A stretch of 64,000 nucleotides of DNA from Podarcis tiliguerta (taxonomy: Eukaryota). Position numbers and translations under genes: made by a program. The stretch lies in NCBI GenBank assembly GCA_965153285.1, contig OZ229111.1; one strand, written 5' to 3'. This document shows, piece after piece, positions 1 to 12,470 of the stretch; position 1 is the stretch's first letter; the number at the start of each line of letters is the position of its first letter. The notes beneath the pieces are model-generated. The model did no database searches and was not told the DNA's origin. It saw nothing but the letters and a program-made list of their open reading frames with translations.

Positions 1-957
1 GAGCCCATGTAAAGCTACCATTGTAATGAGACTTTATGGGTCTTAATATTTATAGGCAGAGAAGAGACAGGACACGTCCTGTTCTGTGTATAGTCTTGCA
101 ATTTATATGTTGGCAGCAGTGTATGATGGGAGATGTGTTCTGAGGCTCACAAGTATGCTTAAGCTTTATAAATATGCTAAGTTCAAGCTGAAGTGAGGGA
201 ACAGTGTGGAATGTTTTGAGGCCAAATCTGACATGGGGGTTTGTAAGGAGGGGTAGTGAGCCCAGCCCGCCAGTGCTACTTGAGTGTGCTGTGAAAGCAG
301 GCGTCTCTAACGGCATGTCATGACCCCCAGGCTTTCAGTGAAGCACCCTACTACAGTTAGTGAAAATTAAACGGTTACACATGCTCCAAATTTCAGAATA
401 ATGTTGTTCTACTAATATAAAAAGCCTCCACGAGGAGCACCGATGCTGGTGGTCCCAGAGCTTCGACACTGCCTTGCTGGCTCCCGCTCACTATTTTTCA
501 CAAACATAAATAATCATAATCCATATAAAACTGTCATATTGGTTCAGCACAGACGTCACCAAAGCCCTGGGCCTAATTCATCAAAGATTTAATGTTCAGC
601 TGCACAAAGTTACTTTTTTTTTTGGTGAGCAGATGCAGTTTCCCGGATTGTCCTGTCATCACCAATAACTTTCCACTGGAAAGATGCATCACATCAAGAG
701 TTCCAAAATGCTAAGAAAGATGAATATTTGAAAACACAAGAATAAACAGTTATTGCTAGTTGTTTCTTAATGACATAAAGAAGAGGATTTTTGATGTTTT
801 GGATATAACTATGGATGGATTGCCATGCTGTTGGACATATTGCATGCCAAAATTGCTGGGGGGGAAATCTTAATAAATCAGGAGGGGAATTTGTGTGGAC
901 AACTGGCCCAGCAAAGCCACAAGGGGCTATTAATGGGAAGTTACACCACTTAGGAGA

Positions 958-958
<1 letters not shown>

Positions 959-998
<40 letters not shown>
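959..998. repeat. (TTA)n microsatellite
   Basis: Seen directly. Confidence 0.97.
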
Positions 999-2319
999 GC
1001 TTTAAGATGCTGTGTAGCCACCCTTATTTTTGCAGCTGAGAATCTCCTATATAAGTTTGTGAACATCTCATTGTTCATTAATTGAGGAGGAGGTTGGCAG
1101 CTAGAGATGAATACATATGCATATTGGATCATTGTTTCCAATGATAATGCATTTTCATAATTTTAAAATTTAAATCCTACATTTTTGTGATCCTTTATTT
1201 GAATGTCCATAACTTCTGTGTGTGGCAATGGTGTGACAGGTTGGAAAAGGGCTGGTGTGCTCTCAGTTTTCTGCATTTAATGGGCCAGATCAGAAAGGAA
1301 GCATTTCCAGTCCTCAAGGAAAAGAAATTGTTTTTAACTTCTGTAACCATTCTAAACTGATACTTATATTTTCAAACCTGCACTCTTGGAACAAATGAAT
1401 GAGGTTCTCCTGTGGTCATGAAAGTAGGCTGAAGTACCAAAATGGAGACCTTTATGTAAACAATGGACTATGTGGATATCTGTGTGGTATGCTTAAGCTA
1501 GTTGAACCCTTGTGTACCTCAATTTTTATCCTGTTAGGTAGTAGGTAGAGTTGGCACATTCAGGACAGTGTGGTCACACAAATACATTTTCTGCATAATC
1601 AGTAAATGTGGCCATTGGCAGCATTTTGTCTTTATCATCGTATTCCAGTAAACTCTGACCCACTGCTGGTTCAGTACTATGTTGCCCCCCCCTCCAGTGG
1701 ATAGTGAAGGTTATACTGTTGGATTTAGACTAGGTAGACCTAGAATCAAATTGCTCTTCACTCCCACTCCCAGCCATAGTTACTATGACAGTCACTTCCT
1801 CAGTGATTTTTATTACTTTACTTGTATTACTCCATCAAATTTCAAAGTGAGAAAAACATTGACAACTATGTGAGCTCCAGTGCATAGAGCCTTGTGGTAT
1901 AATGGTCACTTACTTGGTACCTGGATGGGTGAAGGTTGAGACCTGACATGGCAGCTCTCCTGTCTTCCTAGGAGCCACACCATTTTTTGTGGCCATTGGC
2001 CCCTTCCCCTGGCTGCCGCAGAGCCAGACCCAGTTTTGAATTCTGGCAACAAATGGTTGGTTGCTGATCCACACAAATCCATTACAGGTAAAATGATATA
2101 TGGCAATATAATACCGCAACTAGATAGGAAATGGAGGGGACATAAATCTTGACTCTTCTGTTGCCATTTGAACCAGTTGAAGTCAAACTGTAAGACTATC
2201 TAGCCTCACTTTTGAGACACAGAATGTGTGGCAATTATTGTGTCCTCAATGCAATTTCCATGTGTTCTATCCTGCCTCCAGTATCATATCAAGTCATATA
2301 TCAACTTTTCTCCTTACAG

Positions 2320-2560
2320 CTTTTTGTTGGAGTCCCAGTTCTTGGAAAGCGTGGGACTTTCAAAGTAGAGGAACAGATATCTGACAAAGTCCCTTCAGGC
2401 CTAGTGATGAATGGTGTGATTAAACAGGAGCTTTCAGGCCAGAAAAATGCACCCAGTGGAAATTCAGAAGTGTTCCTCAAGGACTGTGTTTGCAGTGAAG
2501 TGAGAGACTTGACCCTTCAGTCATGTACCCAAGTCCCTACATTTGCTGAGAGCAAGAATG
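2320..2560 (+). pseudogene. Best-supported exon-like segment (LFVGVPVLGKRG...MNGVIKQELSGQ...AESKN)
   Basis: Strong acceptor cttttctccttacag|, strong donor ATG|gtgagt, 241 nt open in exactly one frame. Confidence 0.6.
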
Positions 2561-2734
2561 GTGAGTCCTTTTCCTAAGAGATCAGAGAGAAAGAGATAAG
2601 ATGCTCTGAATATGGCAGCAAGGTGCATACATAAATGCAAAAGTATGGTGCTACTTTGGCGTATGGTGAGATACCTACCTTTCTGATAAAAAAACTTTAA
2701 AACTGCAAGTTGTGAGGAAAGACTCATAAATCCT

Positions 2735-3356
2735 GACTCTGTCTTCATGGGGCTGCCCTTGAAAAGTATCTGTTGGTCCCAAGTAATGTTGTCAGAATAT
2801 TCTTTGGGACAGGTCAGTCAAGGAAATCATTATGTACCTATGTGATCTGCATTTTCTGTCACTTTGCTTCTGGCCTCATTTCATGATAGAGTTTTTTTGC
2901 TTTAAAGGTCCTAAGCACCTTGCTGCCTTTTTATTGATTAATTTTATTGGTGGTTTCTGTTAGCATTTTAATGGTTTTGATTAGTTTTTTTATTGTTTAC
3001 TGCAATGCATTATCATAGACTCTTTCCCCACATAAGCCAACCTGGACTCTTTTTGTGTGCCCCCTCCATGAAAGGCCCGGGGGGGGGGTAACACAAGAAC
3101 AAGCCCTTTCTATGCTATCTCCTCATTTGTGGAATGCTCTCCCTAGGGAGGCTTGCTTGGCACCTTCATTACATTTTTTAGGTGACAGAAAATGTTCCTT
3201 TATAACCAGACCTTGGGCTGATTGAACATTCTATGGCCTTTTTCTATGTTTGTGGGATGGGGTTATTGATTTGTTTTATTATGTATTTTGTGTTCTCATT
3301 TTGTATTTTTATGTTGTGAACCACCTGTGATCTTCGGATGAAGGGAATAATAATAA

Positions 3357-3395
<39 letters not shown>
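2735..3395 (+). mobile_element. Degenerate L2 fragments ending in a (TAA)/(TAG)n tail
   Basis: ggggctgcccttgaaaa, tgtggaatgctctccctagggaggc, gttgtgaaccacctg...aataataatagtagtag. Confidence 0.65.
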
Positions 3396-3854
3396 CAACC
3401 ACTGTGGTGTGCTTGCAAGAAGATAGGGTATACATTATATTTAATAAAATAAAATTGCATGTTATGTATGGACCATGCGCTAGATTGAGATGAAAGTAAG
3501 TGTAACTGCATAAGCGTACACTAGAGTTCAGAGGATTCAGCGTAATTATTCTTGAAAGTGAGCAGGAGTGAGAACCTTCACTCACCGGGATGGCATACGT
3601 TAAGGTTATTCATGCTGTTGGCAACATAATAGTCTTTGTAATGGAAAGGTTCAGAAGTACTAGTCAGTTTTGCACCATTTTGATTGCATGAGCTAGTAGA
3701 TTTTTGAATTTACCTAAATATTTCAAGGACACATCCTACATTGTGTTCACCTTTTGTTTTCCCAGGGCAGTTTTTAAAGAAGCTAAGTTAGGAATTTGTG
3801 GCCTTGGATGTGGAAAATCCAGGTTCATATCTGGAGTCTGCTGTAGGTCATTTT

Positions 3855-4080
3855 GGCTGCAATCCTAGGCACACTAACCTGGAAGTAAGCCTGACTGAAC
3901 CCACTGCAGAAGGTCCCAGGTTCAATCTCTGACATACCCACATCAGGCTAGGTGAGACCCTTGCCTGAAACCCTGGAAGTGTAGACAATCCTGAGCTAGG
4001 TGGTCCAATAGTATAAAGCAGCATCCTATGTTTCTCAATAGGACTCAACAGGAGTCACTTCTAAGTAGAATTGTATAGAA
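3855..4080. mobile_element. Palindromic MITE (ggctgcaatcct...) with a nested tRNA-SINE fragment at about 3905-4032
   Basis: Left arm ggctgcaatcctaggcacactaacctggaagtaagc and right arm cacttctaagtagaattgtatag are split by the SINE body. Related MITEs near 23315-23410 and 61690-61765. Confidence 0.6.
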
Positions 4081-5668
4081 ATGATTTTTTTCTTAAGTTA
4101 TAAGAGTGGCATAGTTGTTCTGCTCCATGTTCCTGCTCTTTTCCATGCCAATCCATTAATGGTGGGATGGAGTACAGTGTGTGTGTGTGTGTGTGATGGT
4201 GTCTTTCCACTGTCTTTTTGCTTGACCTGCCTCACAGGGCTGTTGTGATTTTAAACTGCCTCTTGAGCTACTTAGGCAAAAGAGAGGATACAAATGTGGT
4301 GAAACAGACTCCCTCCAACTACATATTCCCTGGCCCACTTGAATGAAAGACAAGAAATTGTAAGTGTCCATCTGGTTTGAGTTTAAAGTAATGTGCAGAA
4401 AAGGTTGCATGTTTTCAAGGACCTTGTGCCTAAGTAGTAGATTGTACCACAGTTTATTACACAAATTGAGCTTTTTATTGCTCAGCTTTGTTGATCTGCC
4501 AGTTGGGATAAAGAACACAACGTACCCCATGGTCCCTATCAGGGAAAATTAGAAAGCATTCAGTTCTGCTTAAACTATGAAGTATCAGGGAAAGTTGTAA
4601 TTAAATCCAGAGAGCGAGTGCCAGACATGCTGGTGTCTTTAACTCAATAACTATTTTGGAAAAGTCTTGTAAGTTAATCAATTGGAAAATGACAAAGATG
4701 TGTGAGTCCAAAACACCAGCAAATTACAGTTCTGAGAAGGTGCATGAGGACTGAATCTTAGTAGGTTTTGAGAGTAAACCTGGACCCCACTAAGGCTTTC
4801 TCCATAGGCAAGCAGCCTCTGTGACATGCATGTGTTTCAATTTAAATCTTTATTGCGCTCAGTGTGTGCTTATTAAATGATTATCTTGTCCCAAGATCAT
4901 TTTAGCCTTTGTTCCACATAACCAGGTAGTAGGTGTATGTGGTAGGGAGATTTTCTGCATTAGGTTTGGAGCTCAGATCAAATAAATACTGCAAACAATG
5001 TATTGAACTCAGGTGACAACTAATCCCCTGATGAGATATTGTCCCGTGGCTTGAACTTTGCAGCCGGGACTTTAATGCCACTTAAATCAGAATGTAAGAA
5101 CTGAAAGAATTCCAGGAATGTGGTGATATAAATTGTATTTTTAGAGCTGTGAATGACTTGTGAGAGCGAAACAGCACGGTGACTAAAGATAGCACAAGTC
5201 AGTTTTTCCATGATTTATCACAAGAACTTTCACCCTAAGTAAAAGTCATTTAATGTTGTGATAGCAGCACACATAGGCTGGCAGGATTTCAAACCAAGTC
5301 ATTCATTGCATATTTTGTCACAGGAAAATGTTTCCATAACATACTAGAACTCCAAACTGCATTTCATCTGCATACAAGTGCCACTTGAGAGCATTGCCTA
5401 GAAACATCAACGAAGCATGAGGTAAATGGTTTGTAATTCTCCAGTGGCCACAGTCTCTTAAAAAATAAAATAAAATCTACAGAGTCATTCCCCTTCATGG
5501 TCCTAAAATACATCCCTCGGCTAGTTCTCAATACAATCAGTTAAAGATCTTGCGTCCTGCCATGGGTCAGCTTGATTCTAAGTCAGAGATCTGATGGCTC
5601 AAGTTACTGCACAAGAGAGATGTTGCCTCCGAAGCATCTACCAGGATCAACCTATGAGAAGCTTGAGG

Positions 5669-5862
5669 AAGGGCCATAGCTTAGGGGAAAGACCATAGAC
5701 CATTTGTTTTGCATGCAGAAAGTCTCAGTTTAAAACTCTAGCAGTTAGGAAAAGATTCCCTGCCTGAAGCCCTGGAGAGCTGCTGCCAGTCTGTGTAGAC
5801 AGTACTGAACTGGATGGACCATTAGGCTGACTCAGTATAAGGGAGCATCCTATGTTCCTATG
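5669..5862 (+). mobile_element. Old tRNA-derived SINE with cctatgttcctatg tail
   Basis: tRNA-like head, body ccctggagagctgctgccagtctgtgtagacagtactga. Homologous copies at 3905-4032, 8748-8937 and 18350-18458 (-). Confidence 0.75.
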
Positions 5863-6344
5863 CGAGGTCAAATCACGCAGTGTCTTGCACGTAACAGAGG
5901 ACGTTTAGCATGCAGCTGAATCTTCCCGGAGGAATAAGCCCCACTGACTTCAAGGCATTCAACTAAATTTTATTCAGAGTAGACCAATATAAAGTAATGG
6001 TGCTAACCTAGGCATGTTCATTAATTTCAGAGGTAAAACTTAGTTGAATACTACCCAAAGGATTTGCTTCTCAAAATAAATGGTTAAGTGGTTTAATATG
6101 CACTATAAATCTGGATCCAATCCAATGTTATTGAAGGGTTTGCAGTTGCTTGCTTGGATCGATGGAGGATAGCAAGGGCTAAGTGTGTGCTGAAACAAAC
6201 ACAAAGGTAAAATTTACATCCATTGCTCTGCTACTTTTGCCTCTGGCCCTTCCCACCATTGAGCCGTGGCCCTTGGAAGGCTGTCCAAGGCTTATGAAGC
6301 TAGCTTATTCCAATAAACCATTGTCAAGACACAAAACCTACATT

Positions 6345-6506
6345 TTAGTGTTCAGACTTAGGACTAAACCATGGTTAATTGAAAATGAATGTGAAACAAA
6401 AGCTTCTTTCTGTTCCTCATGGTTGAGCCACGAGGATGAGGGGAGCACACAAGCCGAAGGTTGTGCATGAAATGCTAAACCATAGTTTAGCATTGCATCT
6501 GAACCC
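6345..6506. mobile_element. Palindromic MITE (gttcaga...aaaccatggtt...aaccatagtttagc...tctgaac)
   Basis: Terminal inverted similarity; related remnants near 20785-20862 and 55245-55410. Confidence 0.55.
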
Positions 6507-7740
6507 AGGTCATTGTGATTCCTATAGGACAACAGTCTGACATGACAAATCTTTAGAGCAATCCAGGTCAGTCATCTGAATCAACCCTTCTTTGGATAGA
6601 GAATAAAAGGAGGATGAGAGAAGAAACAGTTTATTCTTACAGGGTCCATGTCTCAGAAGCCAGGCTGGGCTGCTGACTTCTGTGCTATGACTAAACACAC
6701 TAGAGGAGAACAAGTCCTTTGTGGATCAGAGGTCTGAGTCAGGGACTGTGAATGGCTATTGTTAGCTGCGTAGTGACAGCCCTGCAGCCCAAGGTGACTG
6801 AGGATTTGCGACAGTTAGAGCAATTCTAACCCCTTCCCCAAGACTCTTTATATGAATACGACTAATGTAGCCTCTTTCCCCACCACTTAAGAGCACATGT
6901 TGCACTGCTGTGCTTGCAAACCGCCAAAGCAGCTTTCTGAAAGGCTTGTGGTTACTAAAAGGATGTTAATAAAGCGGGAAGAATCATAATAATAGCGCAA
7001 ACATGACAGATTCCTTCCTGATGGACGCACACATCCCATAAACATAATTGTCACTGCAGGGTTCTTGCCAGAATTCCTGAAGGTGTTTTCAAGTGAACTG
7101 CAGTCTTACTGCTAAGGCTTTTGGGGGTTGGTGAGCAACACTCATCTGTTTGCAATTGAAGACCAGTTTGCAAAAGCACATGAGGTGGCTGTTAGGTCAG
7201 TCGCTCCTTCTTTTGGAATAGAAATAACGGCATCCTCTTAATACAAATAGCGCAAGTGCTTAATTTCTAAAATGAGAGGTGCCTTAGCATCATACGCTTG
7301 GGCTGTCATTCCGCTTGTATGCATGTGGGTGCCCTTGTGGGTCCAATGCTGAAAATAAGACACACTTTGTATGCTCAGAAACACTGTGTTTTATTATTAC
7401 TCCTCAGATGTCAGGAGTCAGGACTGAACTCTGGCATTGAAAATGGATTCTGAAAATGGATTCAGATCTGTTCATGGATATCTCCTTCTCTTAACCCTTC
7501 CCCTCTCCCCTCCAGTGTTGGAGCTTTGGTATAATCTTTGGAAATGCACTTTATTTTATATTATATTTGCTACTGCGAACTCTGGATTAAATTATCATTC
7601 CCAATATGCTAGAAAGCACAGCCCTAACCATATAGACGTCCAATAACATGAAAATATGCCATGAAGAGTATGCCTGCTATCTTTGGTGTTTTCTGCTCTG
7701 CTCTTCTTTTAATTCTCCACACATCTTAAATCTGCAATCT

Positions 7741-7746
<6 letters not shown>

Positions 7747-7777
<31 letters not shown>
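7747..7777. repeat. (CA)n microsatellite
   Basis: Seen directly. Confidence 0.97.
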
Positions 7778-7779
<2 letters not shown>

Positions 7780-8360
7780 AAGCTCCATTGGATACAATGG
7801 TCTGACTTCTGAGCAAAAATGCACAAGATCGCTCTGCAAGTAGATATGTTATATGACACAGAGGAGCTATGACTGTTTCCTCAAAAGTACAACGGTACTG
7901 ACAACTTGTCATACATGAAGAGAAGAACTGTTGTTTTTTTATTTAGAGCAATATATAAAACTGCTTATTTAAAAATCTAAACAGTGGGCTTAAAGCAATA
8001 TAAAACAATTCTCAATAATATGGAGATAAAATTGGCAAAATAAGTATATGTAACAAAATTATTGCACTGCTGTTTCTGAATTACAGCAGGTTTCACATAT
8101 AGTGGTGGTAGGGATTAAAGCAGAATTTGTTTCAGTTGCTTTGTGGGTTTGTATCCCTGGCACAGCACCAAAGGTGAGATGTGTGGTATATATATAAACC
8201 AGTGGGGTGGTCACTCGGTGAAGTTCAGCAAAATATTACACCTGCCCATTTATTTTTCATTGGTTTTTGTCAGGATCTAGGCTTCCAGCTGACTTGAACA
8301 TTTAGGGCAAAAGTGGATGTAAGTCTGTAAGGCAGGTATGCTGTGGGCGTACCTGCCTTA

Positions 8361-8706
8361 CAGACCCTCCAAGTGTCCCTGTTTTCAGGGGTATCCCTGA
8401 TTTAGAGAAGTCGTCCCAGTTTCTGATTTGATCCCAGAATGTCCCACTTTTCTTTAGGATGTCCCTATTTTCATTGGAGAAATGTTGGAGGGTATGGAGT
8501 TATCCCCCCCCCCCGCGCCATCTGAAGGCAGTCCTGTATAGGGAAAGTTTTTTTAATGTTTTTTTTAAAAAATTATTATTATTATTAGTTGGAAGCTGCC
8601 AAGAGTGGCTGGGGCAACCCAGTAAGATGTGCGGGGTATAAATAGTAAAATTTTCATTATGGAATGGGACATCCCTATTTTCATCGGAGAAATGTTGGAG
8701 GGTATG
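8361..8706. mobile_element. Non-autonomous DNA transposon with 6-bp TSD and duplicated right end
   Basis: Termini cagaccctccaa and ttggagggtatg. gcctta at 8355-8360 and 8707-8712. The right-end ~36 bp also occurs at 8461-8496. An L2-type 3' tail lies at about 8575-8655. Confidence 0.78.
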
Positions 8707-8747
8707 GCCTTATCCACATTGGGTCATTAAACCTTGTTTCAAAGAGA

Positions 8748-8937
8748 AGACATAGCAGCACAAGGTTGTGTGCAAAAGGTTCCAGGTTTAGTCTGTGGTA
8801 TCTCCACTTAAAAGGAGCAGTAGTAGGTGATGGCAGAGTCACTGTGACGCCGGGGAGCAACTACCAGTCAAAATAAACAGTAGTAAGCTGGATGGAAAAA
8901 TTGTTTGACCAGTTAAGGAGCTTCCTATGTTTCTATG
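8748..8937 (+). mobile_element. Old tRNA-derived SINE
   Basis: Homologous to 5669-5862; ends cttcctatgtttctatg. Confidence 0.65.
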
Positions 8938-9211
8938 CCTCTCCTGCTCTTCCTCACTTCCTTCCTTTTGCATTATGGAACTTATTGTTGCCACCAGCTT
9001 CTTTCCCATGCTGGCTCCAATACTCTTTTGACCACCAAGTCTACATTCAGTTTTCCTTATTTGGTAAAGAATCTAAAAGTGGCCTGATCCCACCAGGTAC
9101 CACTATGCAATTTTGAGGCAGGTGCAAACAAATGGGAACCGGATCCCTCCATACTTGCCCAGCTTCGTGCACACTTTCTCTGAAGCACCATAAGACCACT
9201 ATTAAGAAGAA

Positions 9212-9355
9212 GCTCCTGCCAACCTAGCAGTTCGAAAGCACGTCAAAACTGTCTGCAGACAAACATCGGCTCCCTCAGCCAGTAAAGCGAGATGAGCGCT
9301 GCAACCCCAGAGTCGTTCACGACTGGACTTAACTGTCAGGGGTCCTTTACCTTTA
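9212..9355 (+). mobile_element. Sauria SINE, 5'-truncated with an internal deletion
   Basis: gctcctgccaacctagcagttcgaaagcac...ggggtcctttaccttta. Aligns to the copies at 10595 and 55584 but lacks about 110 bp of the middle. Confidence 0.88.
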
Positions 9356-10594
9356 TTGTGCTAAGTATGGCAAGGCAGCCTGGGCAAAGAAGACAGGAGA
9401 TTAAAACTTCATCTCTTTTTAGTAGCTGCAAGGCATTTAGCCCATTGTATCTAAGCACATTTAGCAACTCTGTTCTCTTTTGCCTTGCTATTCCATTTTG
9501 TCCCGGCAGACTTTGAAATGTGCCTTTGGCTTTTTCCTGATCAGAGTGCTCTTCTCCCTTAGTCTCGCTCTTATGGATGGGTCGCATTCCTTTGCGCTCC
9601 TAATAATCGCAAATCAAGCAAACTGGGCCAAAACGAGTGTGCCTCTACTATCGAATGTCAAAATATGATCAAGCCTGGCAAGCCTCCGGCAGAGCATTAA
9701 AAATAGCTTACTAAGTTACACTGTGAAAATCACTAATATAACAAGACTTGTGTGTCTGATCCCATTAATGGGGGAAAGCTAATATGGTGATTTCATGCAA
9801 TACTGATGGAAATCAATAAAAGGATATTTTGGGGGGAAGAAAGCACGCAATTCTATTATTTAAGGCATTTTGTACAAAAAGTTAGAAAATAACATTTAAC
9901 TTGCATGTCTCTTGTCCAACTCAATAAAAGTTATTTTGCATTGTTAAGGCTTTTGCTCCAGTTAAACTAGAATGAGACTACAGAGCAGTTCGGTTTCTGG
10001 GCTCACCCTTCTCAGTCATGCAGAATAGTCAATTCCAAAGAGATTTGGGGGGGGATCTCTAGTGCATTTTGCTATGACTTCTGATTAGTACAGTTGGGCC
10101 CAATGGATTTATGTTGTATAGATTAGAACATGGAGCCTGGCTTTTGGGTGAGGATATGGGTGTTTACAGCTTTCTATGGTTATTTTCTGCTAAGAGAGGA
10201 ATTAGCATTTGTTTTCTTGCTAACATTTGTGAAAATTTCCCAATATTGCTGAATATCATGCTTCATCAGTAGAAGAGTCCTTAGACTAAAATCTGACATA
10301 TGAAGGAAGCAGAAGGGCAGGAGTAGTAAAGGGCATACTGTGTATCAAAATTTTCCATATTCTGTGTCAAGAAAACTCAAACTCTACAAATAGAATGAAT
10401 TATGCTAGTGAACTATTTTGTTCTAGGCTTGCTTTGAGTTTTGTTTCATTTTAGTATTGCATGATCTCTTTTGCTTCCAAAATCAGTTTTCAGATAACAT
10501 TCACAGGGATTCAATGAGAAGGTGAAAAGAAGGTTTGTGAATTGGAGCTGGAGTGGTATTGGGACAGAAACCTGGAGCTTTGGTTTGGAATAAT

Positions 10595-10869
10595 GAGCTC
10601 CCATTGCTCGGTCCCTGCTCCTGCCAACCTAGCAGTTCGAAAGCACATCAAAATGCAAGTAGATAAATAAGTACCACTCTGGCAGGAAGATAAATGGCGT
10701 TTCCGTGCGCTGCTCTGGTTTGCCAGAAGCAGCTTAGTCGTGCTGGCCACATGACTGGGAAGCTGTCTGAGGACAAACGCCGGCTCCCTCGGCCAGTAAA
10801 GTGAGATGAGCGCCGCAAACCCAGAGTCATCCACAACTGGACTTAATGGCCAGGGGTCCTTTTACCTTT
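10595..10869 (+). mobile_element. Sauria SINE, 5'-truncated
   Basis: Colinear with the reverse complement of 55584-55928; ends in an acctttt tail. Confidence 0.9.
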
Positions 10870-11408
10870 TTTAAAGAGGCTAAACAGTGCATCAGGGTGC
10901 ATCTCCTGACTAGTAGATGCCTGCCCAGATCTCATCTGGCTTTTAAAAATTCACACCTATGGCTTCCATATTCTCAAGCTTATTCTGCAACCTTGAGGGC
11001 TGGGAACTTGCTTTTTAAAATAAAGGTGAAAGTTCTGAACCTTGTACCAATTTTCTGTTTGCTTAGTAAACTGGCAGATGTGCTGAGTACACATGGCCCT
11101 GGGAATAATATGCTTAGAAGCTTGGGAAGATGCTAGAATGCCTATTGCTTATCACCCTTTCCACATCACGAATACGCCCAATGGTTCCTGTTGCTCAGTT
11201 TCCAGTGGCATTGCCTTACAGTTTTACTACCAACACAAGTCAACCATCTAGGTGGCAGATAGACAGCATAATAATGTGCTGTGAATAATGTGCACTTAAC
11301 AGTACAGTGGTCTGAACTGATGTTCTTCTGGTCTTTTGAAAGAGTGTGTGCAGGTAGGATTTAAACTACTGCAGAACTATAAAGCCCTAAATGTCTAGGA
11401 CCCAGCAC

Positions 11409-11460
11409 ACTTCCTTCTGTGAAGCATAATGAGTCACTTCCTTCTGTGAAGCATAATGAG
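11409..11460. repeat. Tandem duplication with 27-bp period (cacttccttctgtgaagcataatgag)
   Basis: Two identical copies seen directly. Confidence 0.92.
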
Positions 11461-11867
11461 ATTTGGATCAGTTCTCTCTGTTCAGGAAATAAGATATTTG
11501 GGAACAGCATCTATGGTATGTCCTCCCAAGTGACACCTTTCAGTCTTTGTCTTTGCACAGTTTTAGGATATTGCTGCTGAAGCTTTCATAATCAGCCTGT
11601 CATTTGACAATCAGGGGACCTCATACATTAACAATGCTAAGACACCAATCTGGCTCTTATTTTACTGTTTTAGTGTAACTGTTCCATTCTGTTGGACAAT
11701 GTGTTAACTGTTAACTTTTCTTCCTTTCTTGGGTGCAATGAGGCAGTAAAATGTAGCCAATTTTATCCCCACAGAAGATAGATACATAAATGAACCCTTT
11801 TTAAAAAGAAATTTTCATTTTACACCTCAAGAAGGAAAAAAAGAACTATGTAGAGTTAAAGCCTCGA

Positions 11868-11877
11868 GATGATAGAT

Positions 11878-11912
<35 letters not shown>

Positions 11913-11921
11913 GATAGATAG
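11868..11921. repeat. (GATA)n microsatellite
   Basis: Seen directly. Confidence 0.97.
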
Positions 11922-12102
11922 CATAATGAATCAAATCTCTGTCTGAGGTGGAATTGCATGCGTTGTCCTTACTGAGCACCTCATTTTAGAAAGATGGGGT
12001 GAAGTTGCTTCCTTGTTGCAGCGCTTCCTCATACATCTATCTTGGCTTTAATCATTGACACAAGCGGCGATGAGGACTTGTAGGTTTTTAATTCTCCAGC
12101 AG

Positions 12103-12470
12103 ATCAACCTTCCGCCGAGTGATCTAGCTCCAACCCACTGGAGTAAGAGATGGGCACAAAGCTATCTGATTCTAGCAGAACAAAACAAATATTCTGGCCC
12201 TGCAATCTTCTGACCATATATAGACTTAACTAGCCTTTTGGAAGATATGGCTGATATCTGTGATCAGTACAAAGCAATTAGTTATGAAATGTCTGTGCCG
12301 CCAAAGGGTGGTTTATAAGGATACTTTTTTTAAACCATCTTTCCCCCTTTGTGTGCTTGCATGTACATATTTCAGCTCATGGGGACCCTATTATTGCCAC
12401 TGAATGCTGGGTCATTGTAACCGAGAAGTGCTTAGTAACAATTGAATCTGGGCAGCAAGAACCAAATTGA
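12103..12470 (+). pseudogene. Exon-like pair separated by a 68-nt intron (12103-12307, 12376-12470)
   Basis: INLPPSDLAPTHWSKRWAQSYL...AIF*PYIDLTSLLEDMADICDQYKAISYEMSVPPK-A-HGDPIIATECWVIVTEKCLVTIESGQQEPN*. The phase 1 junction is compatible. TGA at 12211 and 12468. Confidence 0.5.
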
